From the NCBI GenBank assembly GCA_965247455.1, contig CBDFHE010000018.1, positions 404,566 through 468,565 of the forward strand: a DNA stretch of 64,000 nucleotides. The letters are read 5' to 3'. The notes under the pieces were generated by a model that did not search any database, had not been told where the DNA came from, and saw only the letters and a program-made list of their open reading frames with translations. The stretch is from Candidatus Acidiferrales bacterium (lineage in GTDB: Bacteria > Acidobacteriota > Terriglobia > Acidiferrales > 2-02-FULL-67-57). Of this stretch, positions 17,199-25,180 are shown piece after piece (position 1 is the first letter of the stretch; every line of letters starts with the position of its first letter). The position numbers and the translations under genes are program-made.

Positions 17199-18359
17199 TC
17201 ACTGGGGATCAGGCGGTTTGAGTGTTGGGTCGAGCCGCTGCGCTTCTGCAAACGCTCGGCGCGCTTCTTTTTTCTTGCCTGCGTCTTGGAGTGCCAGACC
17301 CAGGTTGTAATGGAAGGATGGGTCGTCGGGTTTGCGCTGCAGAGCTTTGTTAAAGGCAGCGATGGCCGCGTCGAACTGGCCCTTGCCGGCGAGGGCGAGG
17401 CCGAGATTGCTGAGGGCTTCGGGGTCGTCGGGTTTGCGCTGCAGAGCTTTGTTAAAGGCAGCGATGGCCGCGTCGAACTGGCCTTTGCCAACGAGGGCGA
17501 GGCCGAGGTTGCTGAGAGCTTCGGGGTCGTCGGGTTTGAGCTGCAGAGCTTTCTTCAGGGCGGCGATGGCGTCGTCGAGCTGGCCTTTGCCAACGAGGAC
17601 GAGGCCGAGGTTGCTGAGGGCTTCGGGGTCGTCGGGTTTGAGCTGCAGAGCTTTCTTCAGGGCGGCGATGGCATCGTCGAACTGGCCTTTTTTGCCGAGG
17701 GCGAGGCCGAGGTTGTTGAGGGCTTCGGGGTTGTCGGGTTTGAGCTGCAGAGCTTTGTGATAGGCAGCGAGGGCCTCGTCGAACTGGCCTTTGTCGGCGA
17801 GGGCATTGCCGAGGTTGTTGAGGGCTTGGGGGAAGTCGGGTTTGAGCTGCAGAGCTTTCTTCAGGGCGGCGATGGCATCGTCGAACTGGCCTTTGTCGGC
17901 GAGGGCATTGCCGAGGTTGTTGAGGGCCTGGGTGTAGCCGGGCTTGAGCTTCAGAGCTTTATGATAGGCGGCGATAGCCTCGTCGAACTGGCCCTTGTGG
18001 CCGAGAGCGACGCCGAGGTTGTAGAACGAAGTGCCTACTTTCGGAAGGGCCATCGTTGCCAAGCGCGCCTGCTGGAGGGCTTCGTCTAGGTTCTGCGCCG
18101 CGTCGGCTTTCATTTGCCGCCTAGCAAGAGCGTTGCCGATGGCGAACTCGGTGGCAGGGTGCAGGTCGGTTACGGCTCGCACAGCCATCTCTTGCAATGC
18201 TTGGTGTAGTGTAGAGGTATCGCTGCGCTCGGCATGCACTTCCCACGGGCCAACGCCTGATGACCGCCCGACCAGCAGAAGCCCCGATTCGCTCGGAATC
18301 ATGTCGCCACTGATGACAACCTGCCGCTGGAAGAGACGCCGCAAGAACGAATTAAACAC
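17199..18359 (-). CDS. tetratricopeptide (TPR) repeat protein
   Basis: Eight or more consecutive 34-aa TPR units (ALNNLGNALADKGQFDDAIAALKKALQLKPD..). The N-terminal ~110 aa are non-TPR. GTG start at 18359. Confidence 0.85.
   Translation of the reverse strand: MFNSFLRRLFQRQVVISGDMIPSESGLLLVGRSSGVGPWEVHAERSDTSTLHQALQEMAVRAVTDLHPATEFAIGNALARRQMKADAAQNLDEALQQARLATMALPKVGTSFYNLGVALGHKGQFDEAIAAYHKALKLKPGYTQALNNLGNALADKGQFDDAIAALKKALQLKPDFPQALNNLGNALADKGQFDEALAAYHKALQLKPDNPEALNNLGLALGKKGQFDDAIAALKKALQLKPDDPEALSNLGLVLVGKGQLDDAIAALKKALQLKPDDPEALSNLGLALVGKGQFDAAIAAFNKALQRKPDDPEALSNLGLALAGKGQFDAAIAAFNKALQRKPDDPSFHYNLGLALQDAGKKKEARRAFAEAQRLDPTLKPPDPQ
17321..18034. repeat. 7 x 102-bp tandem repeat (coding, TPR units)
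   Basis: The motif GGTCGTCGGG (or a close variant) recurs at 17321, 17423, 17525, 17627, 17729, 17831 and 17933, an exact 102-bp period. Units 17321-17422 and 17423-17524 are nearly identical at the DNA level. Confidence 0.9.
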
Positions 18360-18360
18360 T

Positions 18361-18774
18361 TCAGGAGAGAAGCCGCCGTATTCTACTGTTACCTGTGCAA
18401 TCGACGGGAGTTCGAAATGCGTGGCATAGAAGCTCGCCCCTTCCGTTTTCCCTTCCGGGTGCGACTCGCATCTCTCGTTGCAGCTTGAGCAGCTCGTCGC
18501 CTAGGCGCGCCGCTATTCCTTCGCCGGGATATTGAGGGGGCGAACTGCCCCAGACGCGGAAGGGTGCGATGGAGATGAAACGTCGCTTCCCCACAACCAG
18601 GTATAGCCAATAACAAAGAGCGTAGATGGCAAGCAGAAACAGAACACTCAGGATGGTCTGAATGACGTTCTCTGCTCCCCACAGGGCTTTGAGCAAACCC
18701 ATCAAGAACTGGGCGAAACTAACCACCAGCGAGAGAACTTTCTCAGCTATACCGGGCGGATACGGATGGAGCAT
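18361..18774 (-). CDS. hypothetical membrane protein (possibly the detached N-terminus of the downstream TPR gene)
   Basis: 137 aa with two or three hydrophobic helices, then ISIAPFRVWGSSPPQYPGEGIAARLGDELLKL. That segment resembles the post-TM segment of the kinase gene in this window (IAVLPLDNMMGDAEQDYFVEGMHEALITEL). Stops 1 nt before the TPR start. Confidence 0.5.
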   Translation of the reverse strand: MLHPYPPGIAEKVLSLVVSFAQFLMGLLKALWGAENVIQTILSVLFLLAIYALCYWLYLVVGKRRFISIAPFRVWGSSPPQYPGEGIAARLGDELLKLQREMRVAPGRENGRGELLCHAFRTPVDCTGNSRIRRLLS

Positions 18775-18830
18775 GGCGTTGTCGGTAGGCTAGCAGCGGA
18801 GGCCTTGCAGGGCAAGGGGGAGCAGGGAGG

Positions 18831-18979
18831 GGTAGTGTCTTCGTTTGAGCGATTCCGAACTGGGCGCCAACTCACACCGAGCCCTGCGGCCCCCGCCTGC
18901 CTACCGCAGGCAGGCCGCAGGGTTTTTTTGCTCCCCCAGGCAGGGGCCTGGGGGCTCGGTGTGAAATTAAGACACTACC
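18831..18979 (-). mobile_element. MITE-like element copy 2 (149 bp, inverted relative to copy 1) with 8-bp target-site duplication
   Basis: Same TIRs as copy 1 (GGTAGTGTCTT.. / ..AAGACACTACC). Flanked by the direct repeat CAGGGAGG (18823-18830 and 18980-18987). Confidence 0.85.
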
Positions 18980-19257
18980 CAGGGAGGAAGTGTGAAAGCG
19001 CTCCGGTGCGAACCGCACTCTCCCATTCCACCAGAAGATCAATCGCGAGAAGCTGGCGTTCTCAAGCGGCCTCGGGGGCGAGGACAGCAAAAATACGGTC
19101 GAAAGCCGCCACGAACTTTTCCATCTCCTCCGGCAGGCCGAAGGCGACGAAGAATCCCCTCACGCGCTGACTCACCAAGAGGCGAGTTTCTTCGCTGCCC
19201 CTGCTTGCCCTGCCTGCCGCAGGCAGGCTCTGCACCCACCACGGGAGTAGGGCAAGC

Positions 19258-19380
19258 CCATTGCGTTTGCCAAGGCACTACCTCAGGGGCTAAAGCCCCT
19301 GATCTACGGCGCTTTCTACGGCACGGCTGAAGCCGTGCCCTGACGAAGGATCCACACAAACCACTGATGAGATGATTTTC
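19258..19380 (+). repeat. double-hairpin intergenic element, copy 2 (family A)
   Basis: Aligns with 11371-11490 over its whole length. Its GATGATTTTC end abuts the deoC stop codon (19380-19382). Confidence 0.85.
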
Positions 19381-20336
19381 TAGTAGCGGGTGGCGGTGGC
19401 TGGCGCAGCGGACTCGGTGGGAACGCCGGCGGCCTGTTGCACAATCTTGACGCTGGCGGAAGCGCCGATGCGCGTGGCCCCGGCCTGCACCATCGTCTGC
19501 AAATCTTCGTAGGTACGGATGCCGCCCGCAGCTTTCACACCCATGCCCTGGCCCACCACCATCCGCATCAGCTCCACGTCCTGCGCGGTGGCGCCGCCGG
19601 GGCCGAAGCCGGTGGAGGTCTTGACGAAGTCCGCGCCCGCCAGCAACGCCAACTGGCAGCCACGAACTTTTTCCTGGTCGGTCAGCACGGCGCATTCGAG
19701 GATGACTTTGCAGAGCGCGCCGCCGGCGTGGCTGGCTTCCACCACGCCGCGAATGTCCTGCTCGACCAGATCGTCGTCGCCTGACTTGAGCGCGCCCACG
19801 TTGATGACCATGTCAATTTCCTGCGCGCCCAGCTTGACGGCCTGCTCGGTCTCATAAGCCTTCACCTGCGGCAGCGTGGCGCCAAGCGGAAAGCCCACCA
19901 CGGTGCAGACCTTGACGGCCGTGCCGCGCAGCGAGACGGCGGCCAGCGGCACCCAATAGGGATTGAGGCAGACGCTGGCGAAATCGAATTGCTTGGCTTC
20001 CTCGCAGAGCTTGAGGACCTGCTCGCGCGTGGCTTCGGGCTTGAGCAAGGTGTGGTCAATCAGGGCCGCCACCTCAGGCGGAATTTCTGTGACGCCCAGC
20101 CCGGCGCTCAACCGCGCCGCGCCCGCCGCCATCACCTGACGAGCCTTGGTGGGGCAGGTCTCCACGCAGCGCTGGTCGCAACCGGGGCAGACGACTTCGT
20201 CAATTTCCAGCCCGCGCAGCTCGCACAACTGGCGGTCGCCCAGGTAGCAGAAAATCTGCCGGGTAATCTCCTCGATCAGTTGCTCGAGCTGCTGCTCATT
20301 CAGACCGTCATTCATGGCAATAGAACTGCTCGGCAT
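19380..20336 (-). CDS. deoC: deoxyribose-phosphate aldolase with ~95-aa N-terminal extension
   Basis: C-terminal ~220 aa is canonical DERA ([11 protein letters not shown].., [19 protein letters not shown] with the Schiff-base Lys, VKAAGGIR). The N-terminal extension carries an amphipathic helix and a CxxCxxxCxxxCP motif. An alternative start at Met69 cannot be excluded. Confidence 0.9.
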   Translation of the reverse strand: MPSSSIAMNDGLNEQQLEQLIEEITRQIFCYLGDRQLCELRGLEIDEVVCPGCDQRCVETCPTKARQVMAAGAARLSAGLGVTEIPPEVAALIDHTLLKPEATREQVLKLCEEAKQFDFASVCLNPYWVPLAAVSLRGTAVKVCTVVGFPLGATLPQVKAYETEQAVKLGAQEIDMVINVGALKSGDDDLVEQDIRGVVEASHAGGALCKVILECAVLTDQEKVRGCQLALLAGADFVKTSTGFGPGGATAQDVELMRMVVGQGMGVKAAGGIRTYEDLQTMVQAGATRIGASASVKIVQQAAGVPTESAAPATATRY

Positions 20337-20388
20337 CGCTTAAGCAGTCTGTGTGAAAACGGCATTTTCATGCCCTCAGCAGCTAACA

Positions 20389-20537
20389 GCTTGTTGAAAA
20401 ACTGCTGACCGCTGTCATTCCGAGGGTCGGCGGGTTGGGCCGACCCGAGGAATCTGTTTTGTTTTCAGGGACTGCTGATTCAAAAGCAGATTCCTCGCTG
20501 CGCTCGGAATGACATCCAGACCACTTTTTCAACAAGC
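20389..20537. repeat. ~150-bp palindromic intergenic element
   Basis: Outer inverted repeat GCTTGTTGAAAAA (20389-20401) / TTTTTCAACAAGC (20525-20537). Inner inverted repeat GTCATTCCGAG (20414-20424) / CTCGGAATGAC (20503-20513). Additional internal hairpins. Confidence 0.8.
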
Positions 20538-20657
20538 TCCTAAAGCCGTGTTGACAAGGGCTGACCTTACGGCACGGCTCCTCGCAAAAAGTGCGGGGAC
20601 TCCGCTTCGCTCCGAGAAGCGTGCCCCGCCGAAAACCATTCGTTGTCACACAAACTC

Positions 20658-21278
20658 TCACGAGCGGGCGGCGCGCTCGATGGCGGTGATTTTATCCACG
20701 CGGCGCTGATGGCGTCCACCGGCAAAGTCGGTCTCCAGCCATACGCGAACGATTTCGCGCGCCTGCTCGGGCGTAAGCAGGCGGGCGCCCAGGCTGAGGA
20801 CATTGGCGTCATTGTGCTCGCGGCTGTTGCGCGCCGTAGCCCTATCATAGCACTGCGCCGCGCGCACGCCCGGAACCTTGTTGGCGGCCATGGCCGAGCC
20901 GATGCCGGCGCTGTCAATCACGATGCCGCGCCACGCCGCCCCGCTGGCCACCGCCTGCGCCACCGCACCGGCAAAGTCGGGGTAGTCCACCGAAGCGGTG
21001 GAGCCGGTGCCGAGGTCGCGCGCTTCGTAGCCCGACTCCAGCAGGAACCGCTTGAGGAATTCTTTCAGCTCGTAGCCGCCGTGGTCGGCCCCCAGCACCA
21101 CCGGGCGGTGCCGGCCCGCGCTGGGCGCGTCCACGGATTCTTCGACGCGAATGCGCACGCCGCGCTCGCGGGCGCGCTCGCGGGCCTCGTCGGTGACGAT
21201 GGCGTCGCGGGGCACCACCACCTCAGCGCCTCGCGCCAGGGGTTCGATGTCAGCCGCGGTCAGGATGCGTCGGGCCAT
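20658..21278 (-). CDS. rpiB: ribose-5-phosphate isomerase B with ~58-aa N-terminal extension
   Basis: VVLGADHGGYELKEFLKRFL.., GIVIDSAGIGSAMAANK and NDANVLSLGAR are canonical RpiB/LacAB motifs. The long form starts 3 nt after the hpt stop. A GTG at the core start (about 21101) is an alternative. Confidence 0.9.
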   Translation of the reverse strand: MARRILTAADIEPLARGAEVVVPRDAIVTDEARERARERGVRIRVEESVDAPSAGRHRPVVLGADHGGYELKEFLKRFLLESGYEARDLGTGSTASVDYPDFAGAVAQAVASGAAWRGIVIDSAGIGSAMAANKVPGVRAAQCYDRATARNSREHNDANVLSLGARLLTPEQAREIVRVWLETDFAGGRHQRRVDKITAIERAARS

Positions 21279-21281
21279 GCT

Positions 21282-21833
21282 TTAAGTATCGACAGTGGGC
21301 AGGACGCAGACGTCGGGCAGGTTGCGGTACAGCTCGGCGTAGTCGAGGCCGTAGCCCACCACGAACTCGTCGGGAATCTTGAAGCCGATGTAGTCCACCG
21401 CCACTTCGGTCACGCGACGGTCGGGCTTGTCGAGCAGGACGGCAATCCTGAGCGAACGCGGCCGGCGGGCCTGCAAGAGGCGGTAGAGGTAGTTGAGGGT
21501 GAGCCCGGTATCGAGGATGTCTTCAACGATGATAACGTGCAGGCCCTCGATGGAGCGGTCGAGGTCTTTGGTGATGCGGACTTCCCCCGAAGGCAGGCTG
21601 CCCTTGCCGTAACTGGAGACGGCGATGAAATCGACCGAGACCGGGATGCGGAGCTCGCGCAGCAGATCGGCGAGAAATATGCAGGCGCCTTTGAGGATGC
21701 AGATCAGGTGCACGCTCTCGCCCTTGCAGTCGCGCTCGATCTGCCGGGCGATCGCCCGCACGCGCTTGCGAATCTGCGCCCGGCGCAGCAGCACCTTGAG
21801 CTTTTCCGGTTGGCGCTTCTTGGCCACCCTCAC
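21282..21833 (-). CDS. hpt: hypoxanthine phosphoribosyltransferase
   Basis: PRPP-binding motif VIIVEDILDTGLTL, plus DFIAVSSYG and FVVGYGLDY. The ORF extends to 22031, but the homologous core begins near GTG 21833/21827. Confidence 0.85.
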   Translation of the reverse strand: MRVAKKRQPEKLKVLLRRAQIRKRVRAIARQIERDCKGESVHLICILKGACIFLADLLRELRIPVSVDFIAVSSYGKGSLPSGEVRITKDLDRSIEGLHVIIVEDILDTGLTLNYLYRLLQARRPRSLRIAVLLDKPDRRVTEVAVDYIGFKIPDEFVVGYGLDYAELYRNLPDVCVLPTVDT

Positions 21834-22093
21834 CCCCGCACATGCTTGCTGGACGCCGCTCACTTTACCCTGTGCGGCAAGCGCGAGGCAAGAGGCGCGG
21901 GGTGTGAAATTTTTTGCGGTGTCGCCACGGTGTCTGCTATCAGCATAGGATGCGGGGGCTTGTGCGGAATGCGTGCGGGTTGTGCGTGCGTGGGAATAGG
22001 CATGCCGGCTCACCACCACCGGTACTCCCAAGCCCCCAGTCGGGAGCGGAGTTGGCCGAAGACGCGGCAGGATGTTAGAATGTTTCGATTGGC

Positions 22094-22169
22094 GAGCCCG
22101 TAGCTCAGTCGGTAGAGCATCTGCCTTTTAAGCAGAGGGTCGTGGGTTCGAGCCCCACCGGGCTCACCA
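22094..22169 (+). tRNA. tRNA-Lys (anticodon TTT), CCA encoded
   Basis: Folded by hand. Acceptor GAGCCCG/CGGGCTC, D arm GCTC-AGTCGGT-AGAGC, anticodon arm TCTGC-CTTTTAA-GCAGA, T arm GTGGG-TTCGAGC-CCCAC, discriminator A, then CCA. Confidence 0.92.
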
Positions 22170-22399
22170 GCATCCCAAGGGAGGCTGGGGGAGACGGTCG
22201 CGCGTCACGCGCGCGCCGGGAAGAAGGCCATCGGAGAACCGGAGCGGAAAGAAGCAGAAAAGAACATGAAAATGAAACTAGTTTCTGATTGCGAACGAGA
22301 GCCTTTTCAGCCAGTTAGGGCAGTCTGGAACTTGCCCTACCCCCCCTCCCCCCGGGCGACGGGAAAAACAGAGCAGGCGCAGGGGAATCAGGTGAAAAA

Positions 22400-24013
22400 A
22401 TGAGCGTATTGGGGTGGAATCCGAGCCGATACGGGCTGGAGAAACACGGTCTGGCCGATTGCAAAGTCGCCTACTGGAACCTGCCCGGCCCGCAACTCTA
22501 CGAGCACATCGTCCGGCGCGAGGAAGGCAGGGTCGCGCATCTGGGGCCGCTGGTGGTGCGCACCGGCGACCACACCGGCCGCTCGCCCAACGACAAGTTT
22601 TTGGTGAAAGAGCCTTCGAGCCAAAAAAACGTCTGGTGGGGCGATGTCAACCGTCCCTTTGCGCCAGAGAAGTTCGACGTGCTCTACGCCCGCGTGTGCG
22701 CCCACCTGCAAGGCAAAGAGGTTTTCGTGCAGGACTGCTTTGCCGGCGCCGACCCGGCCTATCGCCTCCCCATCCGCGTCATCGCCGAATACGCCTGGCA
22801 CAGCCTCTTTGCGCGCAACCTGTTCATCCGGCCGGACGGGTCGAAAAGCGCGGAGCACGTGCCGGAGTTCACCGTCCTCTCGGTGCCGGGCTTCCACGCC
22901 CAGCCGGAGCGAGACACCACGCGCTCCTCGACGTTCATCCTGGTGCACTTCGGCAAAAAACTGGTGCTGATCGGCGGCACCGAATACGCCGGCGAGATCA
23001 AGAAATCGGTCTTTACGATTTTGAACTACCTCTTGCCGCTGCGCTCGGTGTTGTCCATGCACTGCTCGGCCAACCTGGGCGCCGGCGGCGACGTGGCGCT
23101 CTTCTTCGGGCTCTCCGGCACCGGCAAGACCACGCTCTCCACCGACCCCGAGCGGCGCATGATCGGCGACGACGAGCACGGCTGGACCGACCGGGGCGTC
23201 TTCAACTTCGAGGGCGGGTGCTACGCCAAGGTCATCCGCCTCTCGCCCGAAGGCGAGCCGCAGATTTGGTCCTGCACGCGCAAGTTCGGCACCGTGCTGG
23301 AAAACGTCGTGATGGATGCGACCACGCGCCGGCTGGACCTCGACGACGACTCGCTCACCGAGAACACCCGCGCCGCCTACCCCATCACCCACCTGGACAA
23401 CATCGAGCCCTCCGGCACCGGCGGCCATCCCAAAAACATTTTCATGCTCACCTGTGATGCCTTCGGCGTGCTGCCGCCCCTCGCGCGGCTGAGCCCAGAG
23501 CAGGCCGCCTACCACTTCCTGGCCGGCTACACCGCCAAAGTGGCGGGCACCGAGCGCGGCATCACCGAGCCGCAAACCACCTTCAGCGCCTGCTTCGGCG
23601 CGCCCTTTATGACGCTCCACCCCGGCGTCTACGCCAAGATGCTGCAAGAGAAAATCGCCCGCCACCAAGTCAAGTGCTGGCTGGTGAACACCGGCTGGAC
23701 CGGCGGGCCCTACGGCGAAGGCAAGCGCATGAAACTGGCTAACACGCGGGCGATGATCCGCGCGGCCCTGACCGGGCAGCTCGACGACGCGCCCACCGTC
23801 ACCGACCCCATCTTTGGCTTGCAAATCCCCACTGCCTGCCCGGAGGTTCCGAGCGAAGTCTTGCAGCCGGAAAAAACCTGGAAGAGCCAGGAAGCCTACC
23901 GCGCCAAGTCGCTGCAACTGGCCGAGCGCTTCGTGAAAAACGCCGAGGGCTTCGCCTCCGATACGCCCGAGGCCGTGCGCAACGCCGGCCCCAAAGTTCC
24001 CATCCCAAAATAG
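22400..24013 (+). CDS. pckA: phosphoenolpyruvate carboxykinase (ATP)
   Basis: 537 aa. Kinase-1a loop FFGLSGTGKTTLS, plus IGDDEHGW and NTGWTGG motifs. Confidence 0.95.
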   Translation: MSVLGWNPSRYGLEKHGLADCKVAYWNLPGPQLYEHIVRREEGRVAHLGPLVVRTGDHTGRSPNDKFLVKEPSSQKNVWWGDVNRPFAPEKFDVLYARVCAHLQGKEVFVQDCFAGADPAYRLPIRVIAEYAWHSLFARNLFIRPDGSKSAEHVPEFTVLSVPGFHAQPERDTTRSSTFILVHFGKKLVLIGGTEYAGEIKKSVFTILNYLLPLRSVLSMHCSANLGAGGDVALFFGLSGTGKTTLSTDPERRMIGDDEHGWTDRGVFNFEGGCYAKVIRLSPEGEPQIWSCTRKFGTVLENVVMDATTRRLDLDDDSLTENTRAAYPITHLDNIEPSGTGGHPKNIFMLTCDAFGVLPPLARLSPEQAAYHFLAGYTAKVAGTERGITEPQTTFSACFGAPFMTLHPGVYAKMLQEKIARHQVKCWLVNTGWTGGPYGEGKRMKLANTRAMIRAALTGQLDDAPTVTDPIFGLQIPTACPEVPSEVLQPEKTWKSQEAYRAKSLQLAERFVKNAEGFASDTPEAVRNAGPKVPIPK

Positions 24014-24034
24014 CTTTCGTGAAAACAGGAAGAG

Positions 24035-24943
24035 ATGGCGGAAGCGGCGGACATTCGCGTCGGGCCGGCGGGCTGGTCGTACGACGACTGGGCGGGCATC
24101 GTGTATCCGGCCAAGCGGGCGCGCGGCTTCCACCAGGCCAGCTACCTGGCCGACTACTTCGATACCATCGAGCTGAACGTCACTTTCTACCGCCCGGTGC
24201 CAGCGGCGACGGCGCAGGCGTGGCTGGAGCGGGTGGCGCACAACCCGCGCTTTGTCTTTACCGCCAAGCTGTGGCAGCCGTTCACGCACGAACGCGAGTT
24301 GAGCGCAGCCAACCAGCGCGCCGTCCGACCGGCGATGGAGCTGCTGCGCGACTCGGGCAAGCTGGGCGCGCTACTGGCACAATTTCCCTGGTCGTTCAAG
24401 AACTTTCCCGAAAACCGAAAATACTTGGAGAAGCTGATTGAACGCCTCCGCGACTTCCCGCTGGTGGTCGAGGTGCGACACGCTTCTTGGAACAAGCCGG
24501 AGTTCTACGCCTGGCTGGCCGAGCGCGGCGTCGGCTTCTGCAACATTGACCAGCCGGTGATCGGCCGCTCGCTCCGGCCCAGCGAGCATGCCACCGCTGC
24601 GGTGGGCTACGTCCGCCTGCACGGCCGCAACTACGAGCAGTGGTTTCAGGAGCGCGAAGAAGGCAAAGGCGCAGAGCAGCGCTACAACTATCTTTACTCG
24701 CTCCAGGAACTGGAACCCTGGGCCGAGCGGATTCGCCGGGTGGCAGCCGGCGCACGGTCAACTTTCGTCGTCACCAATAACCACTTCCGCGGCAAAGCCG
24801 TCACCAATGCCTTGCAACTCCTCCACCTGCTCCGCCGCGCGCCAGTCAAAGTGCCGCCGCCCCTGCTCCAGCTTTACCCGGAAGAGCTAGGCCCCATCGC
24901 CTCCCGCGAAGGCACCACACCCTCACTTTTCCGACTAGGTTAG
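24035..24943 (+). CDS. DUF72 (YecE/UPF0759) family protein
   Basis: IRVGPAGWSYDDWAGIVYP.., YFDTIELNVTFY and VVEVRHASW are characteristic DUF72 segments. Confidence 0.85.
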   Translation: MAEAADIRVGPAGWSYDDWAGIVYPAKRARGFHQASYLADYFDTIELNVTFYRPVPAATAQAWLERVAHNPRFVFTAKLWQPFTHERELSAANQRAVRPAMELLRDSGKLGALLAQFPWSFKNFPENRKYLEKLIERLRDFPLVVEVRHASWNKPEFYAWLAERGVGFCNIDQPVIGRSLRPSEHATAAVGYVRLHGRNYEQWFQEREEGKGAEQRYNYLYSLQELEPWAERIRRVAAGARSTFVVTNNHFRGKAVTNALQLLHLLRRAPVKVPPPLLQLYPEELGPIASREGTTPSLFRLG

Positions 24944-25028
24944 CTCTACTCCCACTCAAGCACTACCTGGCGTCGTTGCGTGAGGGGTTCGTCATATAGG
25001 ACCTTCCCTCAAATAACATGGGAAGAGT

Positions 25029-25108
25029 TGGCGTCCCCGGCGGGATTTGAACCGCGCGTCTCCCCAGAAAAGCTGGGGCGTCCTAGGCCATAACTAGACG
25101 ACGGGGAC
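25029..25108 (-). tRNA. aberrant tRNA-like gene (Glu-like acceptor/D arm; non-canonical anticodon loop and bulged T stem) - possible pseudo-tRNA
   Basis: 80 nt on the minus strand: GTCCCCG-TC-GTCT..AGGAC-G-CCCCA-GCTTTTC-TGGGG-AGAC-GCG(C)GG-TTCAAAT-CCCGC-CGGGGAC-G-CCA. The acceptor, D and T-loop elements are tRNA-like. However, position 33 is C, position 37 is T, and the T stem needs a bulged C. Confidence 0.5.
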
Positions 25109-25180
25109 GTTCCGAAATCTTATCTAAACCGGGCGCGGGGCGGAAGAGGAGAGCGCACTGAACCCAACAGTTTGTCCAAT

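Noticed and set aside
17049-18089. 346-aa plus-strand ORF with a striking internal repeat (GFELQSFLQGGDG..), and the idea that the 102-bp periodic array could be a CRISPR-like array.
   Set aside because: It is the antisense translation of the TPR repeats. The period is exactly 34 codons, the units are contiguous with no unique spacers, and the minus-strand reading gives canonical TPR consensus.
19380-22031. Calling the deoC-rpiB-hpt region a bacterial microcompartment locus.
   Set aside because: No BMC-H/BMC-P shell genes, aldehyde dehydrogenase or PduL-type phosphotransacylase occur in this window. Only the cargo-like extension hypothesis is retained as a finding.
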